64,000 bases of DNA from Candidatus Cloacimonadales bacterium (GTDB lineage Bacteria > Cloacimonadota > Cloacimonadia > Cloacimonadales > JAFGVF01), in NCBI GenBank assembly GCA_963663475.2, contig CAXXJV010000001.1, forward strand, positions 1,248,001 to 1,312,000, given 5' to 3'. Within the stretch, counting starts at the first letter, position 1; the number at the start of each line of letters is the position of its first letter. The translations under genes were made by a program, and so were the position numbers. This document shows, in pieces, positions 1 to 9,809 of the stretch. Below the pieces are notes generated by a model. The model saw only the letters and a program-made list of their open reading frames with translations. It was not told the origin of the DNA and made no database searches.

Positions 1-14
1 TATTCTAGCAAAAG

Positions 15-80
15 ATAATCAAACTAATGATAAATTTTTATATTTTACTAATTTTCTTCCACCAGACTTGAACTTGAGCC
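15..80 (-). mobile_element. End of ISL3-like MITE (module C)
   Basis: Reverse complement of 37260-37327; ends CCACCAGACTTGAACTTGAGCC. Confidence 0.7.
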
Positions 81-96
81 AGAAAGAATAGCCAGC

Positions 97-600
97 TTAA
101 GGAGGAAAATCTCCCAATCTATTAAAAATATTGATATCATTATAGCTATTTTTGAATAAACCTTGGTTAGGTCTCTGAAAACATTTGTGCAAGCTGGCTA
201 AAAAATCTATATCCTTGGTAGTCTTCTCATTAGATTTTCTCTTAGGCTGGCTTGTGCTTGAATGTTTGTAGTCATTTTTCGCATTTCTTTTTTCTATAAT
301 TGCAAGACGGCTAGTCTCTCTATAATATTCTCGGATAAATTGAATCCAATCAGATTTAGTATTTCCTTCTCTTTTTTTTCTTTGTTTTAGAGCTTGTCTT
401 TGGGCATTGTTAAGCTTTCTATAAGCTATTTTTAGTTCTTGCATTATATTCCCAAACTTATGATGATTTTTCCCTATCTTAGGAGAATTTTTTTTACGGA
501 GGCCATAGGCTGGTTGCTTAGAATATTTTACAATAGAATAGCCATCTCTTCTAGCTTTAGCTTTTAATCCGTGGGGTAATTTAAATCCTAAAACAACCAT
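97..600 (-). CDS. Small, very basic hypothetical protein (167 aa)
   Basis: Open ORF, K/R-rich, strong GGAGG RBS upstream (CCTCC at about 609-613 on +). Confidence 0.7.
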   Translation of the reverse strand: MVVLGFKLPHGLKAKARRDGYSIVKYSKQPAYGLRKKNSPKIGKNHHKFGNIMQELKIAYRKLNNAQRQALKQRKKREGNTKSDWIQFIREYYRETSRLAIIEKRNAKNDYKHSSTSQPKRKSNEKTTKDIDFLASLHKCFQRPNQGLFKNSYNDINIFNRLGDFPP

Positions 601-742
601 TGCTTTATCCTCCTTTTCTTAGATTTTGTAGAAATATTTACAAGCTCTCATAATACTTAAGAGTCCATTTTTCCCAAAATGGTCCTTTTTTTGAAAAAAA
701 TTTTAAAATTGTCTAAATATACTAGAGGATACCTATTTCATT

Positions 743-791
743 CTTTACACTCTTTCGATGAAAGTGGGGTTTTCATCGAAAGAGTGTAAAG
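743..791. repeat. Perfect 21-bp-stem palindrome (module E)
   Basis: CTTTACACTCTTTCGATGAAA-7nt-TTTCATCGAAAGAGTGTAAAG; homologous copy at 44662-44722. Confidence 0.9.
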
Positions 792-856
792 GAAGGATAA
801 GGAATGGTATAAGCATTTTAATCAGAAAAAGAGACAAATATTGTCTGTTTTGAATT

Positions 857-1045
857 GGTTCTCGTTCAAGTCTGGTGGTAAATAAGAGACTTTCATTATA
901 GCATATTGCTTGAATAATAGAAATTTACAAGTAAGATTATATGAAGAGTGACGGGAGTTGCTCACGGAGTAGCGACTTCCGACACCTTCACCCGAAGTCC
1001 CTTGCCTACGGCTGAGGAACTCCGGTCTCCAACAAAAAGCAGGCT
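857..1045 (+). repeat. Module C terminus followed by GC-rich structured module D
   Basis: Starts GGTTCTCGTTCAAGTCTGGTGG; near-identical reverse-complement copies at 44438-44570 and 44749-44919. Confidence 0.85.
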
Positions 1046-1061
1046 CAAGTCAAGTCAGAGA

Positions 1062-1172
1062 TAAGTCTTAAATTCCCAAAGGGGATAAATAGTTTAGCCC
1101 GGGGTAAATTCCTGAAGGGAATGCAAGCCCGGGTTATGAATTATATAAAAAGCATAACCCTGTAAGGGTTTG
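1062..1172 (+). repeat. REP-like arm (module A)
   Basis: CCCAAAGGGG / GCCCGGGGTAAATTCCTGAAGGGAATGCAAGCCCGGG / ACCCTGTAAGGGT hairpins; near-identical to the reverse complement of 36965-37037. Confidence 0.85.
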
Positions 1173-1255
1173 ATAAAAAAAATATATATATTAAAAAATT
1201 TATATTGACAACTTTAAAGTGCAAACCAAAATTTGGAAAATCAGAGGAGGTTCTG

Positions 1256-1909
1256 ATGAAGTATGTCATTTTGAAGTTTAATGATGTAAAGTTAGATGTT
1301 AGGGATATAGCCAAGGTTAGGGGTTATTTTGCTAAGAATTTTTCAGATAATACGCTATTACATAACCATCTTCCTAAGGGGAAGTATAGCTACAAATTCC
1401 CTAAAATTCAATACCGTTTATTTGATGGTAACCCTGCTCTTGTAGCAATGGAAGAAGGAATTGAAGTGCTTAAGGAAGTATTTTTTCTTTCAGATGAGAT
1501 GACGATTGGTAATCGTGTATTCCAACTCAATGAGAAGGAAATAATTTCCTTTGATGTAGAATTACGTCAACAAAAAGACCCAGTCTATTACAAGTTTGTT
1601 TCACCCTACATGGCTTTAAATCAAGAGAATTACAAAAGATATCAAAGAGCAGACTTTTATGATAAAGCTGAAATATTAGCTGAAATTATTAAAAATAACT
1701 TAAAGACTATCTCTAAAGGCTTTTCTTATGAAATACCAGATTTTGATAGTATTAAAATTCAAGCTAATCTCAAACCTAAATTAGTGAATTTCAAAAATGT
1801 TAAAATGCTTTGCTTTACTGGTGATTTTAAAGCAACATTTCTTATTCCAGATTATTGGGGACTTGGGAAACAGACTGCAAGAGGTTTCGGAGTAGTTAAA
1901 CAAATTTAA
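1256..1909 (+). CDS. cas6: CRISPR endoribonuclease Cas6 (Cas6b type)
   Basis: LHNH...KIQY motif, C-terminal G-loop GLGKQTARGFG; GAGGAGG RBS before ATG 1256 (ORF track starts at TTG 1205). Confidence 0.92.
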   Translation: MKYVILKFNDVKLDVRDIAKVRGYFAKNFSDNTLLHNHLPKGKYSYKFPKIQYRLFDGNPALVAMEEGIEVLKEVFFLSDEMTIGNRVFQLNEKEIISFDVELRQQKDPVYYKFVSPYMALNQENYKRYQRADFYDKAEILAEIIKNNLKTISKGFSYEIPDFDSIKIQANLKPKLVNFKNVKMLCFTGDFKATFLIPDYWGLGKQTARGFGVVKQI

Positions 1910-1930
1910 CAAATTAATGTAGGAGGTTCT

Positions 1931-3805
1931 ATGATAAATAAGATGTTTTCTATGATGAAGTATATTTCAGAAGAGAATCTATCTAAATATGTTGAGACAG
2001 ATCCATATGGCCTAGATTTATCTGATAGAAAAGAAGATGTTATTGTTTTAGATTTTACTGTAGATGATCAAGAAAATATCCAATATTCTGGTTCAACAGT
2101 TGTGCAATATTCTAAAAAAAATAACCTTAGATGGTTTTTTTATGCAGGAGCCCCAGGTACACAAGCACACAAAGTACCTACTCTACTAACGAGTATGTAC
2201 GATGTTATCAAGTGTCCTTGGAAGAAATCAGAGACTAGCTCAGAAAAAATTAAACAGCTTTTTGAAAATGAGGATATTGAGCCTGGAAGTAAGCTAATCA
2301 TGAAATTATTTAACTGCTTTAAAAAGTTAGATTCTTATCCAATCATTCATAATTTAAGTACTTCATTTGAGAACAATTTTCCAAAAATAGCAGAGGATAT
2401 TTTAAGTAAAGTAGAAGATAATCTCAAAGATAGCTTTGTTTTAACTATTAGAATGAATAATCAATTTATTGGAGAATCAAGTTATTTTACTGATATTTTG
2501 GCGAGTTGGAGGAAAGATCGCTATGAAAAATATTATGTAAAAAGTAAGTTAATTGGTAAAAATCAAACATGTTCGGTTTGTAAGATATCGAAACCTGAAG
2601 TCTGGGGATTTGTTAGTACTTTCAATTTTTATGCTGCAAAAACTGAACTAGCTCCTTTAGCTGGAGGTTTTGATAAAAATCGAAGTTTTAAAAACTATCC
2701 AGTATGCCCAGAATGCGCAAAAAAGTTGGATGAGGCAAAATACCTGTTAACAAACCATATGAGTTATAAGTTTTGTGGATTTAATTATTTTCTCATACCC
2801 GAATTTCTGCTAGATAAAGATAAAAACTATGAGGTAATGGAATATTTTTATGATGAATCTAAAATTGGTCAGTTCGAATTGAAATATGGGAGGAATCACA
2901 TTGTTTCAAATGACAAAGAAGAAATATTAGATATTGTTGCTAAATCTGATAATACTCTGAACTATTCATTAGTTTTCTACTATAAAGATAAAGAGAAATT
3001 TTCGATTCTCTTAAATATAGATGGAGTATTTCCTTCTCAGTTCCAAGAAATATTTGAAGCTAAAAGGAAAGCAGATTCTTTCGAAATTTTTCATAACCTG
3101 AAAGGTCTTTATGAAAGAAATCAAGAGGCCGATTTAAAATTTATGTTTGAGAATCTCAAAGTATTTGTGCCAATAAAAAGTAGAATCTATGGAGACTATA
3201 GTAAGTCGTTTTTAGAATTAGTCGGTAGGATATTTAGACAGAAGCAAATTTCCTATAAGTTCATAATTGAAAGATTTATGTCTATCTTCAGGAGAAAATG
3301 GACTAATGAAGAATATCTTCTTTACGATATAGAAAAAATGATTAATATAATTTATTTCTTACACTATTTGAAATTAATAGATTTAAATAAACAAAATATT
3401 TCGGAGGTAAATATGGATGAGCTATATGGAAAATTTTTAGAAGACCACCAAGAATTTTTAAACAATGATGCAAAAAGAGGGACTTTCTTAATGGGAGTAT
3501 TAACCCAAAAACTCTTAAATATTCAGTATAAAGAGAGAAAGGCAACTCCTTTCAGGAAGCAATTAAATTCGCTAAAGCTATCACCAGCCTACATAAGAAA
3601 GCTATATCCCCAGATAATTGAAAAACTTGAACAATATGATAAAAACTATTATAGAGAACTAGAAACAACTATTTCAGACATATTACTAAGAGCCAAGTTA
3701 GAACAGTTATCTAACGATGAAATTTCATTTTATTTTGTAACAGGCATGACTTTAGAAAAGAAATTCAAAAAAGAGAATGAAGATAAATCACAAGAGGAGG
3801 AATAA
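1931..3805 (+). CDS. cas8b: Type I-B large subunit Cas8b (Csh1/TM1802-like)
   Basis: CxxC...NYPVCPEC zinc motif, FY(F)VTGM C-terminus, position between cas6 and cas7. Confidence 0.9.
   Translation: MINKMFSMMKYISEENLSKYVETDPYGLDLSDRKEDVIVLDFTVDDQENIQYSGSTVVQYSKKNNLRWFFYAGAPGTQAHKVPTLLTSMYDVIKCPWKKSETSSEKIKQLFENEDIEPGSKLIMKLFNCFKKLDSYPIIHNLSTSFENNFPKIAEDILSKVEDNLKDSFVLTIRMNNQFIGESSYFTDILASWRKDRYEKYYVKSKLIGKNQTCSVCKISKPEVWGFVSTFNFYAAKTELAPLAGGFDKNRSFKNYPVCPECAKKLDEAKYLLTNHMSYKFCGFNYFLIPEFLLDKDKNYEVMEYFYDESKIGQFELKYGRNHIVSNDKEEILDIVAKSDNTLNYSLVFYYKDKEKFSILLNIDGVFPSQFQEIFEAKRKADSFEIFHNLKGLYERNQEADLKFMFENLKVFVPIKSRIYGDYSKSFLELVGRIFRQKQISYKFIIERFMSIFRRKWTNEEYLLYDIEKMINIIYFLHYLKLIDLNKQNISEVNMDELYGKFLEDHQEFLNNDAKRGTFLMGVLTQKLLNIQYKERKATPFRKQLNSLKLSPAYIRKLYPQIIEKLEQYDKNYYRELETTISDILLRAKLEQLSNDEISFYFVTGMTLEKKFKKENEDKSQEEE
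3413..3805 (+). CDS. cas11: Probable Cas11 small subunit translated internally from cas8b (130 aa)
   Basis: GGAGG at 3403-3407 and in-frame ATG at 3413 (MDELYGKF...). Confidence 0.75.
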   Translation: MDELYGKFLEDHQEFLNNDAKRGTFLMGVLTQKLLNIQYKERKATPFRKQLNSLKLSPAYIRKLYPQIIEKLEQYDKNYYRELETTISDILLRAKLEQLSNDEISFYFVTGMTLEKKFKKENEDKSQEEE

Positions 3806-3807
3806 TC

Positions 3808-4695
3808 ATGATTAATACCAGAAGAGAGATCTTATTTTTATACGATGTAGTTAATGCGAATCCTAATGGAGATCCTGCAGATGAAAACAAGCCAAGAATA
3901 GACGAGGAATCCAAAAGAAATATAGTCACTGATGTTAGATTAAAAAGAACTGTTAGAGATTATCTAATTGATTATATGGGGCATAATGGTTCGAATGAAC
4001 AAGGGTATGATATTTTTGTAAGAACTACTAAATCAGAAAAGGGTATTAAAACAGGTATTGAGAGAGCAGGAGATTTTCAAAATGATAAAGAAACTATTTT
4101 ACAAAAGTGTATTGATATTAGATTATTTGGTGGTGTTTTACCATTAGATAAATCTTCTATAACCTTTACTGGACCAGTACAGTTCAAAATGGGGCAATCA
4201 CTTCATACTGTTGAAATGAAACTTATCAAAGGAACTGGAGCTTTTGCCTCAAAATCTGGAGCTGCCCAACAAACTTTCCGTGAAGAGTATATCCTGCCTT
4301 ATTCATTAATTGCCTTCTATGGGATAGTCAATGAGAATGCAGCTAAAGAAACTCATTTAACTGATGCTGATGTTGATATATTAAAAGAAGCTATGTGGAA
4401 TGGAACTAAAAATTTAATATCGAGATCAAAAATGGAACACAATCCCCGTTTACTGCTTAATATTGTTTATAAAGAAGCAAATTTCTTCATTGGTGAGCTA
4501 GATAAATATGTTGATTTAGTGAGTGAAAAAAGAGAAGAGCAGTTAAGAGATCCTAATGATTTTGAATTAGATTTTTCCAGACTTTCTCAAAAGATTAATG
4601 AGTTTTCAGATAGAATAGAAAAGATTGAGATAATCAAAGATTCTCGCTTAAAAATAAAAGGTATTGATTTCGAATATACTTCTATAAGCCTTTAA
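3808..4695 (+). CDS. cas7: Cas7 (Csh2/Cas7b)
   Basis: NPNGDP..NKPRID, VTDVRLKRTVRDY, DIRLFGG, TGPVQF motifs. Confidence 0.95.
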   Translation: MINTRREILFLYDVVNANPNGDPADENKPRIDEESKRNIVTDVRLKRTVRDYLIDYMGHNGSNEQGYDIFVRTTKSEKGIKTGIERAGDFQNDKETILQKCIDIRLFGGVLPLDKSSITFTGPVQFKMGQSLHTVEMKLIKGTGAFASKSGAAQQTFREEYILPYSLIAFYGIVNENAAKETHLTDADVDILKEAMWNGTKNLISRSKMEHNPRLLLNIVYKEANFFIGELDKYVDLVSEKREEQLRDPNDFELDFSRLSQKINEFSDRIEKIEIIKDSRLKIKGIDFEYTSISL

Positions 4696-4705
4696 GAGGT
4701 GAGAT

Positions 4706-5416
4706 ATGAATAAAATATTAGTCTTTGATATATTTGGCGAATATGCTCATTTTAGAAAGTATTTCACTAATATGTCACCAACTACTTTTTTAATACCACC
4801 TAGGACTGTTATTGCTGGTATTATTGGAGCTATAATCGGTTTTAATAAGGATGAAAATCCTGAAAGATTTAAACTTAAAGATAGCTTAATAGCTGTTGGT
4901 TTAAAAAAGGAAGTTAATAAAGTAATTATCCAGATAAATGGAGTTAAGGCAAATTCGTTATCTCAACTTACTATGCCTTTAGGGCAAAAGAGACAGATAA
5001 ATTATGAATTTGTTAAACAACCTCTTTATAGGATTTATTTTAGTCATAATGACCCTTTAGTATATAGCAAAATGAAAGAGATGCTAAGTGAGCATAAATC
5101 TTTTTACTCTATAGCGCTGGGTTCAGCCCAATGCTTAGCAAATTATAAGTATATTGGAGAATTCAATATTACTTCTCTTTCTGATAAGGATTTGCATGAA
5201 ATTCATTCAGCAATTCCCATTTCAGATCTCATAGAAATAGATTTTTCTAGTAACAATAAAGTTCAGAAAAGTACTATGCCTAATGAAATGTTGAATGATA
5301 GAAGTGTAACTAATTACGCAGAGTTTATTTATAGTATTAGTGGGATACCGATTCTTGCTAAAGCAAAAAATATATACTCCATAGATCAATTAGGAGAATC
5401 AATCTGTGCTATGTAG
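4706..5416 (+). CDS. cas5: Cas5 (I-B/Hmari type)
   Basis: FDIFGEYAHFRK...PPRT..GIIGAIIG N-terminal motif. Confidence 0.93.
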   Translation: MNKILVFDIFGEYAHFRKYFTNMSPTTFLIPPRTVIAGIIGAIIGFNKDENPERFKLKDSLIAVGLKKEVNKVIIQINGVKANSLSQLTMPLGQKRQINYEFVKQPLYRIYFSHNDPLVYSKMKEMLSEHKSFYSIALGSAQCLANYKYIGEFNITSLSDKDLHEIHSAIPISDLIEIDFSSNNKVQKSTMPNEMLNDRSVTNYAEFIYSISGIPILAKAKNIYSIDQLGESICAM

Positions 5417-7685
5417 AATCTTATCTCATCCCGATACTGACTTAATAGATCATCTGAATTTAGTAAGGAAGATTGGCCTACAAAAATTCGATGAAGATAA
5501 AGTCTATCCTGAATATAGAGATATAATGGAGTGCGCCTTATTCATGCATGATTTGGGTAAGGCACACCCATTTTTCCAAGATAAAATCCAGGGCAAAGTC
5601 TATAAAGCTTACAGTCATGCACCAATCTCTGCCCAATGGCTTTACTTTCTATTAAGAGAGAAAAATATAGATAGTATTAAAAGTTTTTTTGCATTTTATA
5701 TTGTCTATTGCCATCATGGCAAGCTGAGATCTCCTAGAAAATCTTGTACTTTTCTAACGAGTGAAACTGAGTCAAAAGAAATCTATTATGATTATATTAA
5801 TGAGATTTATAAGGATTTCTTACCTTACAAAGATTTCTTTTCAGTAGATAATTTTCTAACTTTAAAGGAGAAATACTCTCTCTTAGAGAACATTAGTAAG
5901 AAAGACTATAAGCTAATTACAGAAGAAGATTACCTGAAAGTAAACTATCTATTTTCTATCTTGATCTATGCTGATAAAAAGGCTTCTATTTTAAAACAAA
6001 ATGCAGATTTAGAAAGACTAACTTTTTCAACATGGCAAGCTGACCTTGTTGATAACTATAAAGTAGCTAAATTTTCTAATATTGGTCAGGAAAACTTACT
6101 TAATAATTTGAGAGAAGAAGCCTATCAAATCACGAGCAATAAGGCCAATGAAATTAATAGCCAAATTAATTCTATAAATCTACCAACTGGTATGGGTAAA
6201 ACTCTCAACGTGATTAACGTAGCTCTGAAAATTAAGAAGAATTTTAGCAAAAAAAGGATTATCTATGCGCTTCCTTTCACCAGTATTATAGAACAAAATG
6301 CTGAAGTACTTGAAGAAATTCTCTTAGCTTCTCAAATTGAACCTGATAATACAAAACTTTTGAAACAACATCATCTAGTAGAATTTTCCTACAAAAGCAC
6401 TAATTCATGGGATGAAGGACAAGGTAAATTTTTGATCGAAAACTGGGAATCAGAGTTTATTATAACCACATTTTATCAAATCTTAAATACTTTGATTACT
6501 TCAGTAAATAAGCAACTAATAAAGTTTAATAATTTGACTGATAGCATTATAATTCTTGATGAAGTTCAAAACATTCCTACAAAATATTGGCTTCTGGCTA
6601 ATAATATTTTACAACAATGTGCAGAAAAATTTAGGATACATTTTATTCTAACTACTGCTACAATGCCACTTATCTTTTCCAAAGACAAAAAGGAAATTGT
6701 TGAGCTTGTTGAAAACTACCAAACTTTTTATCAGAATGTTAACAGAATAGATTTGGATTGCTCTAATCTCGATAGAAGAATTAATATGGATGAACTTATT
6801 GAACTAATCCTGAGCGATGAAGAAGAGGATTTATCTCAGTTAATCATTCTTAATAGTGTTAAAGCATCTTTAGACCTATATCAAAAATTAAGTAATCTAA
6901 ATCTAGATAAAGATATACTTTACCTTTCTACTAACATTATTCCTCACCATAGAGCAGAAATTATAAAGTCTGTAAAAGATAATCCTGTTAATAAAATACT
7001 TATTTCTACTCAACTCATCGAGGCTGGAGTAGATATTGACTTTGACGTAGTATATCGTGATTTAGCTCCTCTTGACTCTATTTTTCAGGCTTGCGGAAGA
7101 TGCAATCGCCACAATAATAGAAAGCAAAAGTCTCAAGTAATCATGTTTGAATTGCTTAGTGCTAACAAAAAAGCTTTTTGGAGCTTTATTTATGATAAAG
7201 CTCAAATTTCTGCGACTAAAGATATTCTATTAACTAATATTATTCCTGAAAGTTCTTTCGAAAATATTTCTCAACAGTTCTACCAAAGGATATATGATTA
7301 TTTGGATAATTCAGCATCAGAAAGATTATTAGATTCTATTAATAAACTAGATTATGATATGCTAAATGATTCTGATAATGGTTTTACTTTAATAAAAGAT
7401 ATTCCTACATGTTCTTTTTACATCTATTACAACACAGAAGCTTGTGACCTTCATAAGGATTTCCTAGATATTACTAATTCCGAATTTAGTGATCCGTTTG
7501 AAAAAAGTGTCAAAATGAAAGCTATTAGTAGGAAAATGTCAAAATACATAGTCAATCTTCCTAAAAGATATGCCTTTAATAATGAAGACAAACTCTTCAT
7601 TATTGATAAAGATAATTTAGAAATTTACTATGACTCAAAAACTGGTTTTAAGCGAGAAAACGAACAAGAGGACCTAATACTATAA
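5406..7685 (+). CDS. cas3: Cas3 HD nuclease-helicase
   Basis: HD domain (HDLGK, HHG, ADK), LPTGMGKT, DEVQ, STQLIEAGVDIDFD, QACGRCNR. Confidence 0.95.
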   Translation: MLCRILSHPDTDLIDHLNLVRKIGLQKFDEDKVYPEYRDIMECALFMHDLGKAHPFFQDKIQGKVYKAYSHAPISAQWLYFLLREKNIDSIKSFFAFYIVYCHHGKLRSPRKSCTFLTSETESKEIYYDYINEIYKDFLPYKDFFSVDNFLTLKEKYSLLENISKKDYKLITEEDYLKVNYLFSILIYADKKASILKQNADLERLTFSTWQADLVDNYKVAKFSNIGQENLLNNLREEAYQITSNKANEINSQINSINLPTGMGKTLNVINVALKIKKNFSKKRIIYALPFTSIIEQNAEVLEEILLASQIEPDNTKLLKQHHLVEFSYKSTNSWDEGQGKFLIENWESEFIITTFYQILNTLITSVNKQLIKFNNLTDSIIILDEVQNIPTKYWLLANNILQQCAEKFRIHFILTTATMPLIFSKDKKEIVELVENYQTFYQNVNRIDLDCSNLDRRINMDELIELILSDEEEDLSQLIILNSVKASLDLYQKLSNLNLDKDILYLSTNIIPHHRAEIIKSVKDNPVNKILISTQLIEAGVDIDFDVVYRDLAPLDSIFQACGRCNRHNNRKQKSQVIMFELLSANKKAFWSFIYDKAQISATKDILLTNIIPESSFENISQQFYQRIYDYLDNSASERLLDSINKLDYDMLNDSDNGFTLIKDIPTCSFYIYYNTEACDLHKDFLDITNSEFSDPFEKSVKMKAISRKMSKYIVNLPKRYAFNNEDKLFIIDKDNLEIYYDSKTGFKRENEQEDLIL

Positions 7686-8668
7686 TGCAATTATTCTTAA
7701 ACACCTATGGTACTTTTTTACAAAAGAAAGATGGTATGTTTCAGATAAAACTGGATGACACAAAAAAGATTATTTCACCCAAAAAAATATCTTCTATTGT
7801 TATTTCTAATTCAGCTACTATCTCAACTGATGCAGTTCAATTAGCCTTGGACAATAACATTGATATCGTTTTTTTAGATAATTTTGGTAACCCTATTGGA
7901 AGAGTCTGGTTTCCAAAACTTGGTTCTACAACCTATATCAGAAGAAGATTATTAGAAATTGATATGACTGATCAAGGACTTGACATTGTCAAGAAATGGA
8001 TTACTACTAAAGCTAAAAATCAACTTGCTTTCATTCAAAAACTCCTTTCCAAAAGAGACCGTTCTGACCAAGAATTTACTAAGATTATCGATTCAATTAA
8101 AACAAGTTTAACTAAAATTGAAAATGTCCATGCTCCTTTAAGTACCTCGGATAATACTATTATGGCTTATGAAGGTAATATTTCTAAACTCTATTTCAAG
8201 GCTCTTTCCCTCTTAATACCGACAAAATATTCTTTTCAAGGTAGATCTTCTCGCCCTGCAATTGACCCTTTTAATGCCGTTCTTAATTACTCATATGGTG
8301 TCTTATACTCCAAAATTGAAAAAGCTCTTCTTATTGCTGGTTTAGACCCCTATATTGGCCTTTTACATAAAGATAATTACAATAAAAAATCTCTTGTGTT
8401 TGATTTCATTGAGCCCTATCGAATTTACTGCGATGAACCTGTTTTCTATATGTTTTCAAGACATAAACTTCCGACCGATGGCTTTATAAACTCTGGTAAG
8501 GGTATCTTACTTAGTGACGAATGTAAAAAAAGAATTATTCTTGACTTGACTAATTTCTTTGATGAAACTATTAGATACAGAAGTAAAAATACTAAAAGAG
8601 TTGATACAATACTTGCTGATGCCCATGCCTTTGCTAATTGGCTTATCGGTAAAAGAGAGGATTATTAA
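7685..8668 (+). CDS. cas1: Cas1 integrase
   Basis: EG...YF, NAVLNYSYGVL, GLDPYIGLLH, SLVFDFIEPYR. Confidence 0.96.
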   Translation: MQLFLNTYGTFLQKKDGMFQIKLDDTKKIISPKKISSIVISNSATISTDAVQLALDNNIDIVFLDNFGNPIGRVWFPKLGSTTYIRRRLLEIDMTDQGLDIVKKWITTKAKNQLAFIQKLLSKRDRSDQEFTKIIDSIKTSLTKIENVHAPLSTSDNTIMAYEGNISKLYFKALSLLIPTKYSFQGRSSRPAIDPFNAVLNYSYGVLYSKIEKALLIAGLDPYIGLLHKDNYNKKSLVFDFIEPYRIYCDEPVFYMFSRHKLPTDGFINSGKGILLSDECKKRIILDLTNFFDETIRYRSKNTKRVDTILADAHAFANWLIGKREDY

Positions 8669-8958
8669 TGCTAACATGGATTCTCTATGATATAGAAAAC
8701 AATAAAAATAGAAATAAAATAGCAAAATTATGCCTTAAGACAGGGCTCTATAGAGTTCAATTATCCTGCTTCTTAGGAGATATTAATTCAACTGAACTAA
8801 AAGAACTTTCCATGCACATTGAAGAATTAATTAATATCGATAATGATAAGGTTTATATCTTCCCAATCTCTAAAGATGATTTTGATAAAATTATTCTCTT
8901 AGGTAATGCTTTTGATAAAGACTTAGTTACTGATGAAATTAAGGCACTTTTCTTATGA
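8668..8958 (+). CDS. cas2: Cas2
   Basis: YDI...R.KIAKLC...GLYRVQLSCF; 96 aa after cas1. Confidence 0.95.
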   Translation: MLTWILYDIENNKNRNKIAKLCLKTGLYRVQLSCFLGDINSTELKELSMHIEELINIDNDKVYIFPISKDDFDKIILLGNAFDKDLVTDEIKALFL

Positions 8959-9545
8959 ATCAATTCACTTATATCAGAACCACGGACATGATTGAATATC
9001 AGTTTTGTCCTAGATTTATCTATTATATGAATGTCTTACATATTGACCGTCATGAAGAAAAAAGATTTCTAGTTAATAAAGGTAGAGATATTCACGAGTT
9101 AAAAATGGTTAGAAATAAAGATTATTTGAGAAAATCAATCGGCTGTATTGAGAAAGATATTGATGTGTATCTGACATCTCCAAAACTCCACCTGGTAGGA
9201 AGAATGGATGAAGTACTCACTCTTGCCGATAAGAGCAAAGCACCCCTTGATTATAAGTTTGCGACCTATGAAGATAAGTTGTTTAAGACGCTAAAAACAC
9301 AACAAATAGCCTACGCCCTGCTTATTGAAGAAAACTACCAATGCCCTGTAAATATGGCTTTTTTGGTTTATGTTAGATCAAAAAACCTTTTGAAAGAAAT
9401 TCCAATCACCCCAAAAGATAAAGATAATACTATCAAAACTATTAATGATATTTTCGATATTATCTATAAATGTCACTTCCCACCCGCAACAAAGAATAAA
9501 CTTAAATGCCAAGATTGTACCTATAAAAACCTTTGCTTCTCATAA
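8955..9545 (+). CDS. cas4: Cas4
   Basis: FCPR, GRMD, DYK, QQIAY, C..C.YKNLC Fe-S cysteines. Confidence 0.94.
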   Translation: MNQFTYIRTTDMIEYQFCPRFIYYMNVLHIDRHEEKRFLVNKGRDIHELKMVRNKDYLRKSIGCIEKDIDVYLTSPKLHLVGRMDEVLTLADKSKAPLDYKFATYEDKLFKTLKTQQIAYALLIEENYQCPVNMAFLVYVRSKNLLKEIPITPKDKDNTIKTINDIFDIIYKCHFPPATKNKLKCQDCTYKNLCFS

Positions 9546-9809
9546 AAAATCTTGACAATAAAATTAACTAAACTATATTTGATAAGTACATAGTGTGTAT
9601 GTTTTAGACATTTTTCTGTTCTCTGAAACAGTTTTATGAAAATAATTAGCTAATTATTTACTAAAACCTTATTATATAATATCTTATAAATATTCTGAGA
9701 GGTGTAATATTATGGTTTTTATCCTATTTTCGGCTTTCTGTCTTAAATTATCTAGCACTGACTTTTTGTGCTATCTTAATGAAAATCATTTAATTAGCAA
9801 ACATGACGT
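9546..9809 (+). promoter_or_regulatory. CRISPR leader with candidate sigma70 promoter
   Basis: AT-rich non-coding stretch before the first repeat; TTGACA (9552)-16 nt-TATATT. Confidence 0.75.

Noticed and set aside
1205-1255. N-terminal extension of Cas6 from TTG 1205
   Set aside because: The TTG is part of a -35-like TTGACA; the strong RBS precedes ATG 1256
600-1930. creTA/mini-array-type degenerate repeats near cas6 or cas8b
   Set aside because: No repeat-like sequence found; the cas6-cas8b gap is only 21 bp
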